A stretch of DNA of 64,000 bases from Mobula hypostoma (lineage: Eukaryota): contig NC_086106.1 in assembly GCF_963921235.1 (NCBI RefSeq), positions 24,490,001 to 24,554,000 of the forward strand, given 5' to 3'. Shown here piece after piece: positions 36,400-48,712 of the stretch. The position numbers were made by a program, and so were the translations under genes. The notes under the pieces were generated by a model. The model saw only the letters and a list, made by a program, of their open reading frames with translations, did not search any database and was not told the origin of the DNA. Numbering within the stretch: the first letter of the stretch is position 1; the number at the start of each line of letters is the position of its first letter.

Positions 36400-36830
36400 A
36401 CGCAAGTCGGGATAAAGCACTGGCATAAATAATCTTACACCCCGGCGGATATTTCAGTCTGAAATTGTTGTCTGTCCTCACCTCACACTTGACACCAAGG
36501 AAGCAGTCAGTTATCTTATGCACCACAACCTATTTCAATAGCAGGAAATCTAATTTCTGCGTTGGATAGTGTTTATTCGAGGGTGAAAGACTCTGGCTGA
36601 CAAATGCGACATGTCTCAACCGTATGCCCTAATCCTGTTAAAGAACAACCCCTACGCCCTCTCTGCTGGCAGCCGTACGTTTTACATTCGTCAATCGGTG
36701 TTCTGCAAAATCCAGCACAGCTGCATTCCTCGGCAGCTCCTTCAGCATCTGAAAGGCCTCTCAACATTTCGCATCCCATATCAATCCAAAATTCTCTGAT
36801 GGACTATGATAATGATTTCTGTCTCTCCAA
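36400..36830 (-). mobile_element. Isolated Gypsy RT-RNase H remnant
   Basis: Minus-frame translation W..KC*EAFQMLKE...AAVLDFAE...TAASREGVGVVL*QD..RHVAFVSQSLSPSNKHYP..KLDFLLLK. Confidence 0.7.
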
Positions 36831-36839
36831 TATATAGAA

Positions 36840-37650
36840 GGCTGCATCAGGAGTACTCCCCACCGATCTCTTTCCTGGCACTTATCCTTGTATGTGGAGC
36901 AAGTGCTACACATGTCCTTACACTTCCTCTCACTACCACTCAGGGCCGCAGACAGTACTTCTAGGTGAGGCGACGCTTCACCTGTAAGTCGGGTGGGGTG
37001 ACATACTGTGTCGGTGCTCCCGATGCGGCCTTCTATATATTGGCGAGACCCGACACAGACTGCGAGATCATTTCGCTGAACACGTACGGTCTATCCGACA
37101 GAGAAGCAGGATCTCGCAGTGGCCACAGATTTTAATTCCAAGTCCCATTCGCATTCTGATCTGTCTATCCACGGCCTCCTCTACTGTAAAGATGAAGCCA
37201 CACTCAGGTTGGAGTAACAATACCTTATATTCCGTCTGGGTAGCCTTCAACCTGATGGCAAGAACTTTGACTTCTCAAACTTCCGCTAATGTCCCACCTT
37301 CCCCTTGTACACCATCCGTTATTTGTTTATTGATACACACACATTCTTGTTCTCTCTCTCCTTTTTCTCCCTCTGTCTCTCTCACTATACCGCTTGCCCG
37401 TTCTCTGGGCTTCACCCCTCCCCCTTTTCTTTCTCCCTAGATCTCCTGTCCCATAATCCTCCCATATCCATTTTGTCTTCTCCTATCATTTCGGATCTCC
37501 CCATCCCCTTCCCACTTTCACATTTCTTACTAGCCGTTCTTTCTGTTAGTCCTGACGAAGGGTCTCGGCCCGAAACGTCGACTGTACCTCTTCCCAGAGA
37601 TACTGTCTGGCCTGCTGTGTTCAGCAGCAACTTTGATGTGTATTGTCCCG
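36840..37650 (+). mobile_element. Penelope-like element GIY-YIG domain and terminus
   Basis: YIGETRHRLRDHFAEHVRSI...DFNSKSHSHSDLSIHGLLYC. Confidence 0.8.
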
Positions 37651-37711
37651 ATAGATGGGTAGCTCCCTATGCTGATAGTGCACTGAAGGAAGCATACTGA
37701 GGAACTGCTTC

Positions 37712-38587
37712 TGTTACGTAACCGGCAACAATCGGGACAGGTTATATAAAAGCAACCAAACATTTTTTTTTTTAACACGGATAAACGATAAGAGAAAAAA
37801 AAAAGAACGAAAACTTTAACCGGAAGTTAACCGACATGCAGCCCTTCAACAAATCGACACTCGGCAATGGTTCTTCAAGCGTTAAATGCGAAAACAGCTC
37901 TTAAAGCGATAACGTCAGATATAGTTCTTAAAATGGTAAGTTCGAAAATACAACAGATTTATACGTTCAATTGGCAGGGACTTCTCCGGAGAAGGATTTC
38001 TTCACTGACCCGACTTTCCTGCTAGTTCTGTACACAGAATTCACGTGGCAGTAAATAAATAGTTTAAACCAACTGACCTTAAATTTCATTATAGAGAGCG
38101 AATCTTTGTATGAATTCTTAGTATTTTTGATAAGAGTTATCTCGATGCAGGGCGCTACTCCTCCAACGAAGACTCAATAAGGTCGATCCTTTATTAAACT
38201 GCCAAACGATGCCGAGCCCTCTCTATCCATGGGTGCTGCACTTCGGCAAAGTCTTCACTCTCCCTTCTACTGTTGGAATTGGGTAAATCAGCACATCTAG
38301 CAAAACCTTCCAGTCCAATAATATGGTATCTGGTAATAGAACGCAACCTTTTTGAAAATGAAACTGCGTCACAAAAACAAACGTCAACAGAAACGGAAAC
38401 ACATAAAGTTCTACCTGGAAATCTACAAACTAAAAACTAACTGCGAATTCTGAGTTGACCCTTATATACCAATGGTGCACAAGTCATCACGTGACGTCAC
38501 ATCGGCGGGAAAATCACATCAGCTGACCTCCAAAAGACCATTACATCATTCTCAGAAAAAAAAACAGGTCCCCTTCAGCATGTAACA
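37712..38587. mobile_element. Solo LTR (family C)
   Basis: TGTTAC...GTAACA termini; 4-bp TSD CTTC (37708-11 and 38588-91). Confidence 0.75.
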
Positions 38588-38599
38588 CTTCTTGTTTAT

Positions 38600-39720
38600 C
38601 ACGTAATTTTCTCAGTTGTATTCACTGAGTAGTCAAGCAAAAGTATCGGAAGTAATGTTGCTTTACAGCTGGCAGACGGGGGTATGCGTGTAAGGAAGAA
38701 GCAAGTTGCAGATCTGAGTTCGTGAGTACCACAGAGCTCGTCTGGACAATCTTAAAGGATCATATTCACTTTCAACGACTGGCTGATTTGGAAGAACTTC
38801 CTACGCTTGAATAACGAGCCTCAGTTTTCTGCTGGTTTTATGGGCTTGTTTGGAATGTAGCAGCTCCATAAGATGAGGGAATTATTCAGTCAGGCGAATG
38901 TTTGTCAGTTCGCAGAGAATGAGGCTGAAATGCCGACTATTATATAAAGAGAGCTGGGAACAGAAAACAACTGGAGTCATCAAAAAATATTGTTACACAG
39001 TTCATAAAAAAATACAGAGCTTACTTTCCTATTGTCCTCAATCTATTTAGCTTTATATTTATATTTTCATTTGTTTCAATTTACAAAAGATAAGCCACAA
39101 CATGAAGGATTGACCTAATTACTAGACAAGTTCGTTAAAGGTCCATACTGTGTACAAGGGTTGGTGCAGAAACTGAGCGATTCTAGCAAATGTTTACTTA
39201 TGTTGAAGTTAAAGTTGAGTTCTTTTCATTGCACAGGTTTGTTGTTAATTCCACGTTTAGAAAATTCTCAATAATCATCAGCCACAACAGCGGAAACTGT
39301 GCCGCATAGCCATCAGCAACTGGAATGTATTTTATTCCTTGTATTTGAATCCTTCTGCATACAACCATCAACTACAATATATATTAGCACCAGAATATTA
39401 AGCATAATGAAGGTACGCTTTTGTGTAACTGCAATAAGGCCATGACTAACGCCATATTCATTTGCTGTATAACTGCTGTGAAGCCGAAATATAAGGTTTG
39501 TCGTTTATACCATGCAGATGCCAAAGAAAGAGGTCCGAACTTCCACTAGCCCGCCACGCAAACTGTTCCAATATCAGATCTGCTTGGAACAATATGGAAA
39601 TTTATGGCGCCGGCATCAATGACAATGAGCTGGTCGAACGATTGTTAGCGAAGAGAGAAGCGCTTTCTAAAGCCAATAACGGCAAATCGTGCAGTGTATT
39701 TTCGCATGGAGGAATCTTAC
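38600..39720 (-). pseudogene. Possible second, heavily eroded GPR139-like GPCR
   Basis: Scattered minus-strand similarity to 7720-8670: aagcgtaggaagt (KRRK), T-T-E-K/K-L-R helix-8-like, and C.QK...GTVSAV after the TM3 position. Many stops; by eye only. Confidence 0.35.
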
Positions 39721-39892
39721 ATTGGGAGAAATATACCGACGCCGGCTGAACCTACTCTAATGTCCATTAGCAGGAAATCGGTTACAAACTTCCAAAATTC
39801 ATGGTGAGTGATTAATGAATGGGAGGGCACAACAGTTTTGGGGAAAATATCAGTTGCCACGAGTTTCATAAAAAGAGGGAGTGTCACACACT

Positions 39893-40075
39893 ATACAGTA
39901 GCCTACTGGTTAGCCCAACGATCTACTGTACCTATGACTGTATGCAATTCCCACCACTGTTTGTAAAGTGATTGCACTTTCTCCCCGGAGAACCTAGGAT
40001 TTATATTATGTGCTCTGGTTTCTTCCAACAGCCCAAACTCTCGTAAGCTGATTAGTTATTGTAAATTGTACCGCA
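39893..40075 (+). mobile_element. Degraded HE1-like (V-SINE) element
   Basis: gtagcctactggttagc head...tgtttgtaaagtgattgcactttctccccgg...tgctctggtttcttccaacagcccaaa, the V-SINE pattern. Confidence 0.55.
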
Positions 40076-42082
40076 ATTTGGCGAGAATTTAATCAGTGAA
40101 TTGACAGGCTGTGTGCCTCAAAGTGCAGAAAGGACAAATTTCTCATTGTAACTCAAGTAAGTAAGTGATCGAAAAAGCAAACAAACTAGTAATTAAATAA
40201 ATAAGAATCGGTATGCCCTCAAAACCATATATTCTGTCCGACGTCGGGATGAATTGAGATTTTCAAATATTTTCTCAGACGTTATAGATGACAGACATCT
40301 ATGTATTTCTGCAAAATCGATTAAACTGCTTACAGTGGAAGCCAAGAACTGCATCAAAGCTGCATCAATTGGCTAATCCCTCTGGTGTGAAAAAGTTAAA
40401 ACAAAATTCACTGTAACAACGTATACCAATTTTCACGCACCTTATATGGCCATGTATGAATTGATTTCTGCCAAGTGTTCACAGCAAATGTGCAGGAGGG
40501 TTAGTGTGTTCAGAAGCAAAAACGGATTGCACCTTAATTGCACAATTCTTGCGTTACACTCGTGACAATCCAAATCTCGCGTCATAAACCTCTTAAAGCA
40601 GGAAACGACCACGTTTGCGATAGGCCTTCGATTTCAAATTTCCTTTTTGATCCAAAATTCTGTATTTCTGTACATCTTGAATGTTGAGCACGGATTTCAT
40701 AATATAAAGAGACGGTTGCAATGAGGACATTATCTATTGACAGATCGTTGTGAAATCACGAATGGACCACAAAATAACAGACCACAATATTATTCGGAAG
40801 AAGTGTAATACTCCAGAGGGTACAAGTGAATAAATAGTAAAGCTTGCCTGACTGGAAATTACAGTACCTGTTGATTTAAAAATTGCCTTGAAATGTTCCT
40901 GAATCGTCTCACCCTCCATGCAAACTGTTCCAATATGTAGTTAAGTCAATTTTTCATTGTCATCATGTGATGAAATATCTGATGAATTGTTTTAAAGACA
41001 ATAATTTATTCATTTATTTCTTTGCTTGCTTATTTGGTTTTATTTCTTTATATACAGAACTATCTAGCTATCTGTTCGTCTCTGCTATAATAGATCAAAG
41101 CAGCTTGATTGCCTTAACAGTTTACTCAAAATGAACTTGAAGATATTTTCCAGCTGTTCGTTAGATATTACAATTTAAAAGGGGGAAGAAAAACAGCAGA
41201 GGAAGAAATGTGACCTTGCAGCATTTTGATGAAAATTAAATAATTCCTTCTAAATCGGGGAAAATTATTAATTTCCCGATGGCGTTGAGTTCACTAACAG
41301 ATGCTGGATTTCATTTATAACTCTGTCATTTACTGATACAATCGTTCCCCTCCTCCACCCCCCCCCCCCCCACCGCTTGTTAGTTGCCATAGCTAGTAAT
41401 AGATGGAGGACACACACTTTCTTTAAAGTTATCCTCATATTAAACATGTTCGTATTAGAATGGAACAGATTATTAGGTATATGATCAATAGCAAGACATC
41501 AGCTTTGCACTGCACATGTGCTGTCTGATCCTGTGGATGTTTGTTTCACGTTCTCTTTCATTTGTGTAATTGAGGACGCGGTATGCTGTCTTTGTCATAA
41601 GTTTACATTAATGTGTCCAACGCCACTAACTTTGATCGTGCTGTATTCATCGGAAGCATGCAGTGCCCTTGAATGTGATCCTATTTAATGATATACAAAC
41701 TCGCTCCATATCACAACAACAACACTGAAACCCGGTTGTGCGTCTGCTTTCACTGTGGACGTTTGACAGACTCCATGAAATTTGATGAGCACTTTATAGC
41801 GTTCACAAAGTTCATATTTAAGGGGGCAGAAGTAACGAAAGAAGGCAGACATAAAACCGCTTCGTTCTACGCCAGGTACTGATGCATTAGACTGATTTAT
41901 TGGACAAGCTATACTTATTCCCAGGATACAAAGTGTGTTATACAGTATTCCTTTTTCTCGCAATGAGTAAATGAAAAGAAAATTACCTGAAACATCAGGT
42001 ATTACAATGAATATTAATTTATATAAACTAGCGGTAATTATTATCTGATATATCATTTTATTTTTATCTTATATTACCTCAT

Positions 42083-42505
42083 TAAGACCATAAGACCATA
42101 AGACAAAGGAGCAGAAGTAGGCCAATCGGGCCATCCAGTCTGCTCCACCAATTTATCATGAGCTGATCCATTTTATCCTATTCAGTCCCACTCCCCTGCC
42201 TTCTCACCATAACCTTTGATGCCCTGGTTACTCAGATACCTATCAATCTCTGCCTTAAATACGCCCAATGACTTGGCCACCACTGCTGCCCGTGACAACA
42301 AATTCCATAGATTCACCACCCTCTGACTAAAAAAATATTCTTCGCATTTCTGTTCTGAAACGGCGCCCTTCAATCCTTAAGTCATGCCCTCTCGTACTAG
42401 ACTCCCCCATCATAGGAAACAACTTTGCCACATCCACTCTGTCCATGCCATTTAACATTCGAAATGTTTCTATGAGGTCTCCCCTCATTCTTCTAAACTC
42501 CAAGG
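42083..42505 (-). mobile_element. CR1 LINE 3' end
   Basis: (taagacca)n tail; reverse complement of the 57850-58208 region. Confidence 0.85.
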
Positions 42506-42704
42506 AGACTCCAAGGTAACTTCATTACCTTACATTAAATATTATCTTATATGTTAAAACCCCGTTGAGCAGTTCCAATGACGTTCAGAGAATCTGTTGC
42601 CTGTTTTATGCCCCATGTATGTTTCACATTTTTTGCAACAGAGCAAACAAAGCAGAAATGTACTCAGTGGTTGTGAGAATATTTATCCTCTTTCTCTCAA
42701 TTTC

Positions 42705-42994
42705 ATATTCGCAAGCAAATGCAAAGCGGAGTCAGTCATCTGCATAGCTACAATAGCTTCTCAACACCTGGACTGCATCAGCAAATCCAGCATTAGTGAA
42801 TTATGCCGGATGTTTCTCAGCGGCCAGTAGTTGGTCTCCACATGGCAAACTCCGGTTGTCTGTTCGGATAATCGCGGAGACAAAATAAATAGAAAGAAAT
42901 ACAGCTGCTGAAATGATATGCTTTTTTTTTTGTCCACGTGAGCGATTACTTTTGCAGTGTTATTGATTAGTCATTACCCAGTCCGGTAATATGG
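42705..42994 (-). pseudogene. TCR V pseudogene (V exon)
   Basis: Acceptor tgttag at 42996-95. SFYLFCLRDYPNRQPEFAMWR (FR2-like) and, after frameshifts, AIVAMQMTDSALHLLA (LQLxDSAxYxCA-like). Conserved Trp and Cys are mutated and there is no RSS. Confidence 0.7.
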
Positions 42995-43272
42995 CTAACA
43001 TGAGAACAAAAAATATCATTCCGATGTGTCACAGCATCGAATCAGCATAATTCATCATAAAAAAATATGCGACAGCACATCTGTACGTCCCGCGCAACAT
43101 ACTATTTGTCACTTAACAAGAACAGGTTGACTCCATACATTTTACGTCAGTCTATTCACATCTTATGCAGTTCAATCAAAACACGATTCCAAATTCAAGT
43201 GAAAAAGCTTTTGAATCAGATCATGATGATATGTGACATGCTGAAACACAAGGTGCGGTGCACCGCACTTAC

Positions 43273-43311
43273 CAATACCATGCTTTCGAGAACGTCAGTG
43301 CTTGAACACAT
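43273..43311 (-). pseudogene. Leader-like exon of the V pseudogene
   Basis: ATGTGTTCA...GTATTG|GTAAGT, paralogous to 47778-47816; begins ATGTGTT like the V1 leader. Confidence 0.45.
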
Positions 43312-43349
43312 TATTTGTTCAGGAATTTCCTCATGGTCAGACAATCCAG

Positions 43350-44240
43350 GAAATGAAACGCCATGAAATACCGCTTTACGAAGAATAATATATATTCTAT
43401 TAAAGTCGACAACAGTTAAATTCACTGAAACGATGTAGACTTCCCTTGAAAGATGAATATGTGAATGTTGCTATTGGTGAAACAACAGTGACGTGTTTGA
43501 ATGAAGCAGCAGAGGCGATCGATTTATGATGTATATATATATATATATCATTTTTCGACATGGTGCAACAGTCGGTCGTTTAATTGACAGAAATTATTCA
43601 TAGAGATTACATAATACCAGCTACCGGTTCGATAGTTTGGCTATTTCATAATCCAATATACTAATAGACCAGTATAAAGAAACAATGCTAAAGATGGCTT
43701 CTGCTACTTCTCCGAGGATCCATGCTCTAATTCAATGTGGATATTCAGGGGGCTACCGGGGCATGGATTATACTCTGAACATATGGGTTTATAATTATTT
43801 GTCGAAATCAGGCACCACTATAATAATCACTACATTTAAATGGTAGTGGAGTCTAAGATGGGAATAAACAACAGAATGTGATGCTCCGAATAATTTCGAT
43901 TTCCATTTCATGACAGTAATTCAGCACCAGTTCAGAAACGGACAAACATTTGTGACACCAGAAGGCAGTCATCAGAAATGGCTGATTTTCTTCAGCGCAT
44001 GATGGTGTTGCAGTTAGCTTCTCCGGTGTTTACCAAGTGTTCAGGGTAAATCTACTAAATGTGTGGTCGGAATGTGCATCCACTTCATAATTTGGAAGAG
44101 CAGATATTGAAAATATTATAATTGGATAGTGAATGGAATTTCAACCATCTATTCCTACTGGATGATAATGCTACATTTTAATTCGTGAATGTTCATGCTC
44201 CCTGGTTATTAAACAACAACAACAAGAACAACACCAGTAT
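43350..44240. repeat. Low-copy duplicated unit, copy A
   Basis: Colinear with 45755-46590 and 62435-63195 (e.g. aatatatattctattaaagtc; gctaaagatggc.tctgctacttctccgag). Confidence 0.85.
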
Positions 44241-44339
44241 GATCCAATGTGTTTCAAAGGTTCTGCTCTAACATCATTCGGAAGACAAACGCATTATCCT
44301 GCATTTGTCCTTGAGATTCTGACTTGCAGTTTGCTGTCT

Positions 44340-45290
44340 TGTCTCAGCAGTGCCTTGCAATGCATAACAATTATGATGGTTTACGTGAGTAAGTGTATAT
44401 ATAATAAATAATTAAATAGGCAATGCAAAAAGTGGGAGCAGAGATAATAAGGCAGTGTTTTGGTCTAATTGTGCTTTCTAAAATCTGAAGGCAGAAGGAT
44501 ACACCTGTCCTGAAATATTGAGTATGAGGAGATGTCCTCGGTGACGGGAGTTGGGGTGGAGTCCCCCGTGATGCATGTCAGCCTTTCGAGGCATCGTTTT
44601 TTGCAGATATCCTGGATGCTGTGTCGTGCTGTGACAATGATGAAGCTGGCTGAGTTCAAATATTCCACAGTTAATTTGTTCCTGTGCAGTTGCCGCACTA
44701 TACTAGAGACTGATGCAGAGAGTAAAAATGTCTCCATGGTACATCTCTTGAAATTCCCGACATTAGCTGGTGGCACACCGATTCATATCAAGCATGCTGT
44801 GATATTTCGCCGGTGCATTGCCTTCTTTGTTTTGTGCCCAGTATAAATCCACAGAGCTGTCGACACCCACACATTCGACAGTGCAGATGCTTTCCACTAC
44901 TGATCCCTCGATAAGAATTGTTGTGTGCTCCATCAGCTTCCATTCCTGAAGTCCAAAAAGAAATGTTAGTCTTACAGAGAAGGTTCTTGCTGCGACAACA
45001 CTCAAGCAGCTGATCTCTGTAGCTGCCGTACGCCTCTGTGTCACTATCTGAAATTGTGCAACAATATTTATGCCGTAATCAAATTTAAAGATAACGTAAG
45101 ACCTGTGCCTAGCCACAGAATCGTACATGTGGTAATGGTAGAAAATTGGGTACAGCTGTAGTGCGGCACTGTTGCTCGTCAGAGAGGATGTGATATTATT
45201 TCTAATTCGTACACACGGTGTTCTCCGGTTGAGGAGTTCAGATCCAGTTGCAGTGGAAAGTAATGAGACCCAGGTTTTGAGCCTGTTGAT
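44340..45290 (-). mobile_element. Rex1/L2-clade LINE RT region
   Basis: YDSVARHRSYVIFKF..., HTTILIEGSVVE, NFKRCTMETFL, QDICKKRCL motifs. Confidence 0.8.
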
Positions 45291-45405
45291 TTGAGCTGAG
45301 TTGTACTGATGGCTGAGCAGAAATGCTTTTCCTTATTGTTCATTAAAAAAAAAATCTGGTCATTATATATGCAGCATATTAGTAACTTTTTTTAAAAAAT
45401 TTCTA

Positions 45406-45426
45406 TCACGTCAGTTTAATTTGCAT
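45406..45426 (+). promoter_or_regulatory. CRE-like TCACGTCA plus octamer ATTTGCAT
   Basis: TCACGTCA 45406-13 and ATTTGCAT 45419-26; both motifs are intact in the paralog at 62087-62107. Confidence 0.45.
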
Positions 45427-46509
45427 CCTATCTCTGCAGTGCTCGGCTCAGCGAATTAACAGATGCTTCTCACAGGCTTACTCCCCCTCCAGTCCCGTCA
45501 TTACTGAGGTGTATTTTCAAATTCCCGCCCTCACATAATTTCACCACACGGCGCAGCTTTGACCGTTGTAACGGTTGCGCTCATACCGCATTTGTGTTAC
45601 ATCTCGTCGAAGCATTGTTATTGATTTACTATCCAGTGCGTCTATATCCAAATTGATCCACGCAGCAGGAACCAGGGAGATGAAAAGAGATATGCATTTT
45701 TTTTTAATTTCAGTTCCCTCAGTGTATAACTCCGACTGCAAAATAAGACACAAAATGAAACTCAAGAAATTCCGCTTTACGAAGAGTAATATATATTCTA
45801 TTAAAGTCAATAACAGTTCAATTTACTGAAGAGATCAAGATTTCCCTTGAAATCCGTATATGTGAATATTACTATTGGTGACGTAACAGTGACTTATTTG
45901 ATTGAAGCAACAGTGGCGATCGATTTATAATGTATATATGTATTTCGTCTCGGTGCAAATGCGGGTCGTTGAAATGACAGAAATTATTTATAGAGATTGC
46001 ATAACACGAGCTAGCGTTTCGATAATTTGTCTTTTTCGTGATCCAACGTACCGATCGGCCTTATTAACAAGCAACGTGCTAAAGATAGCTGATGCTACTT
46101 CTCCGAGCATCCGTGCTGTAATTTAATGTATTATTCAGGAGGCTATCGTTAAAGGATTATACTGTGAACGTATGGGTTTGTAATTATTGGTTGAAATTAG
46201 ACACCACCATAATACTAACTGCTATTAAATGTCTACTATGGGAATAAACAACAGAATGATATGCTCCGAATAATTTCCATTGTCAGTCCATTGCAATTGT
46301 TCAGTACCAGTTCAAAAACGGAGAACACATTACTGCACCACAAGGCAGTCATCCATTAAATATGTAGTCGCAATGTGCATGCTCTTCATATTTTAAAACA
46401 TCAGATAAGGAAATCATTATAATTGGATATTGAATGGAATTTCAACCATCCATTCCTACTGGATGATAAGGCAACTTTTTAATTCGTAAATTTCATACTC
46501 CCTGGTTAT

Positions 46510-46511
<2 letters not shown>

Positions 46512-46574
<63 letters not shown>
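46512..46574. repeat. (AAC)n microsatellite
   Basis: About 21 units; the paralogous site at ~44212 has only about 5. Confidence 0.95.
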
Positions 46575-46575
<1 letters not shown>

Positions 46576-46639
46576 GCAGCAACAGCACCACTACGATGAA
46601 TACTTCAGCATTTCTCAGTCCGGTTATTGTTTAAAACAA

Positions 46640-46975
46640 GGTAAAACAAAAAGAAATGTTAGTCTTACGGAGAAAGTTCCTGCTGCGACAACAATCAAGT
46701 AGCTGATCTCTGTAGCTGCCGTACGCCTCTGTGTCACTATCTGAAATAATGCAGACAATATTTATTTCGTCAGCAAATTTATAGATAACGTTAGACCTCT
46801 GCCTATCCACAGAATTGTACTCGTATTAAGGGTAGAAAATTAGGTACGGTTGAAGTGCGGCACTGTTGGTCGCCAGAGAGGATGTGATAGTATTTCCAAT
46901 CCGTACACACAGTGGTCTCCCGTTAAGGAGTTCTGATCCAGTTCCAGTGGAAGGTAATGAGACCCAGGTTTTCAT
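46640..46975 (-). mobile_element. Rex1/L2-clade LINE fragment, paralog of 44955-45290
   Basis: VRIGNTITSSL...NVIYKFADEINIV..ISDSDTEAY translation; colinear with the other copy. Confidence 0.8.
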
Positions 46976-46989
46976 CTTCATGAACATTG

Positions 46990-47400
46990 AATTCACTAAG
47001 TTCTGTTAATGCCCCACCTTCTCTCCGTACCCCATCCGTTATTTATTTATGTACACACATTCTTTCACTCACTCTCCTTCTTCTCCCTCTGCCCTCTGAC
47101 TATGCCCCTTGCCCATACTCTGGGTCCCCCCGCCACGTTTCCTTCTCCCTGGGCCTCATGTCACAGTATCCTCTCATATCCTTTTTGCAAATCACCTGTC
47201 CAGCTCTTGGCTCCATCTCTCCCTCTCCTGTCTTCTCCTATTATTTTGGATCTCCACCTCCCCCTCCCACATTCAAATCTCTTACTAGCTCTTCCTTCAG
47301 TTAGTCCTGAAGAAGAGTCTCGGCCTGAAACGTCGACTGCACCTCTTCCTAGACATGATGCCTGGCCTGCTACGTTGACCAACAACTTTGATGTGTGTTA
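46990..47400 (+). mobile_element. Penelope-like terminal fragment truncating a V pseudogene
   Basis: Colinear with 37290-37645. Confidence 0.75.
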
Positions 47401-47816
47401 CAGTGATGGTATGTCATTTTTATCCATGTGAGCGATTAGTCTTGCAGTGTTATTGATTAGGCTTTGCCCAGTCCGGTTATATGGCTAAAATCAGAAAAAA
47501 AAAATCATTCCGCAGTGTCACAGCATCCAATCAGCAGAATCTATCATAAAAAAAATGGGAAAGCACAACTCACATGTCCCACACAACATGCGATTTGTGA
47601 CGTTACAATAATAAGTTGACACCATTGCCTTCTGCGTCAGTTTATTTACAGCAAGTGCACAGTATTAGACCGGCGTTGAATCAAAACATGATTTAAAATT
47701 CAGTTGAAGAAGGTTTTGAATCAGGTTATGACGATATGTGATATACTGTAACACAAGGCGTGTTGCACTGCACTTACCAACACTATGCTGTCGAGAACGT
47801 TAGAGTTTGAACACAT
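47401..47816 (-). pseudogene. Truncated V pseudogene (leader-like exon 47778-47816, V exon stub 47401-47484)
   Basis: Colinear with 42930-43311, including the acceptor ttttag|ccatataacc and GTAAGT donor. Confidence 0.6.
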
Positions 47817-48652
47817 TATTTGTTTAGAAGTTAATTATGATCATACAATCCAGGATAGGGTTTAATAGGATTGAGGTGCATTTTTCCACTCTGCCTCCTT
47901 ATTGAGGATTTTGTTTACTTTTGATACCATAACATTTTATGAAAATTAAAAATCGCTAGTATTCTTTTCGATGATATACGACACACACACAACAGCCCAA
48001 GCCAAGACCTCACATGTGTGAGGGAATCCTGAAGTGTCCCTATTAACTGTGCTTTTGAAGAGATAGAGAGTGAGTTATTTACCACCGAGGGCTTGTTTTG
48101 AAAAGAGAGAGAGAGAGACGAAGATTGACGGTTGCACTGTCACTTTAAGGCACTGAAAGTAACTTTGGATTTCTACTAAGTTGGGTTTGGAGACAGCACC
48201 GGGCATCTCGACAGTTGCTTATGGTGACCGAAGGCAGATTATTGATGTTACTTTCAAGGATTTGTTGCTGCTTGCATTTCTTCACAGACAAAGGAAGAAG
48301 GGATTATTTGAATGACTGTTGAAGAACAGTGCGGTGACATTAATAGGAGGTCAGATGATAGAGACCTCAGACACATGATCTGGACCCTGAATGAGCATTT
48401 TTGTGCCCGCAGAAAAAAGTGGGTTTTGGATGATCGATCAGGCGGATCGATCCAAACTATCTTGCAGTGAGAGGAGTTAAAAAGGGTTGACTGGTGTGGA
48501 AGTTGTCAATGTGTTCACCCACACCTGGATGATAGCTCCACCACAGGAAACCGGAAACCGGCCCCCTTTGTTAAAGTCACAGTCGGTGAATTGTAAAGGA
48601 TTTCGGAGGACGACGAGAATATCTACGGCTTCAGCTCACCTGAAGAGTCAAA

Positions 48653-48655
<3 letters not shown>

Positions 48656-48706
<51 letters not shown>
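48656..48706. repeat. (TC)n microsatellite in the 5' LTR
   Basis: Direct observation. Confidence 0.95.

Positions 48707-48712
<6 letters not shown>

Larger units (their letters stand above)
45400..46590. repeat. Low-copy duplicated unit, copy B
   Basis: Colinear with 62075-63195 and, in part, 43350-44240. Confidence 0.85.

Noticed and set aside
40490-40800. Possible V relic on minus (GRFLL, CACACTA plus 23 nt)
   Set aside because: Nonamer absent and framework residues too weak to call.
45541-46126. DRY-containing minus-strand reading suggesting a GPCR in the duplicated cassette
   Set aside because: No other TM motifs in register; paralogs do not keep the frame.
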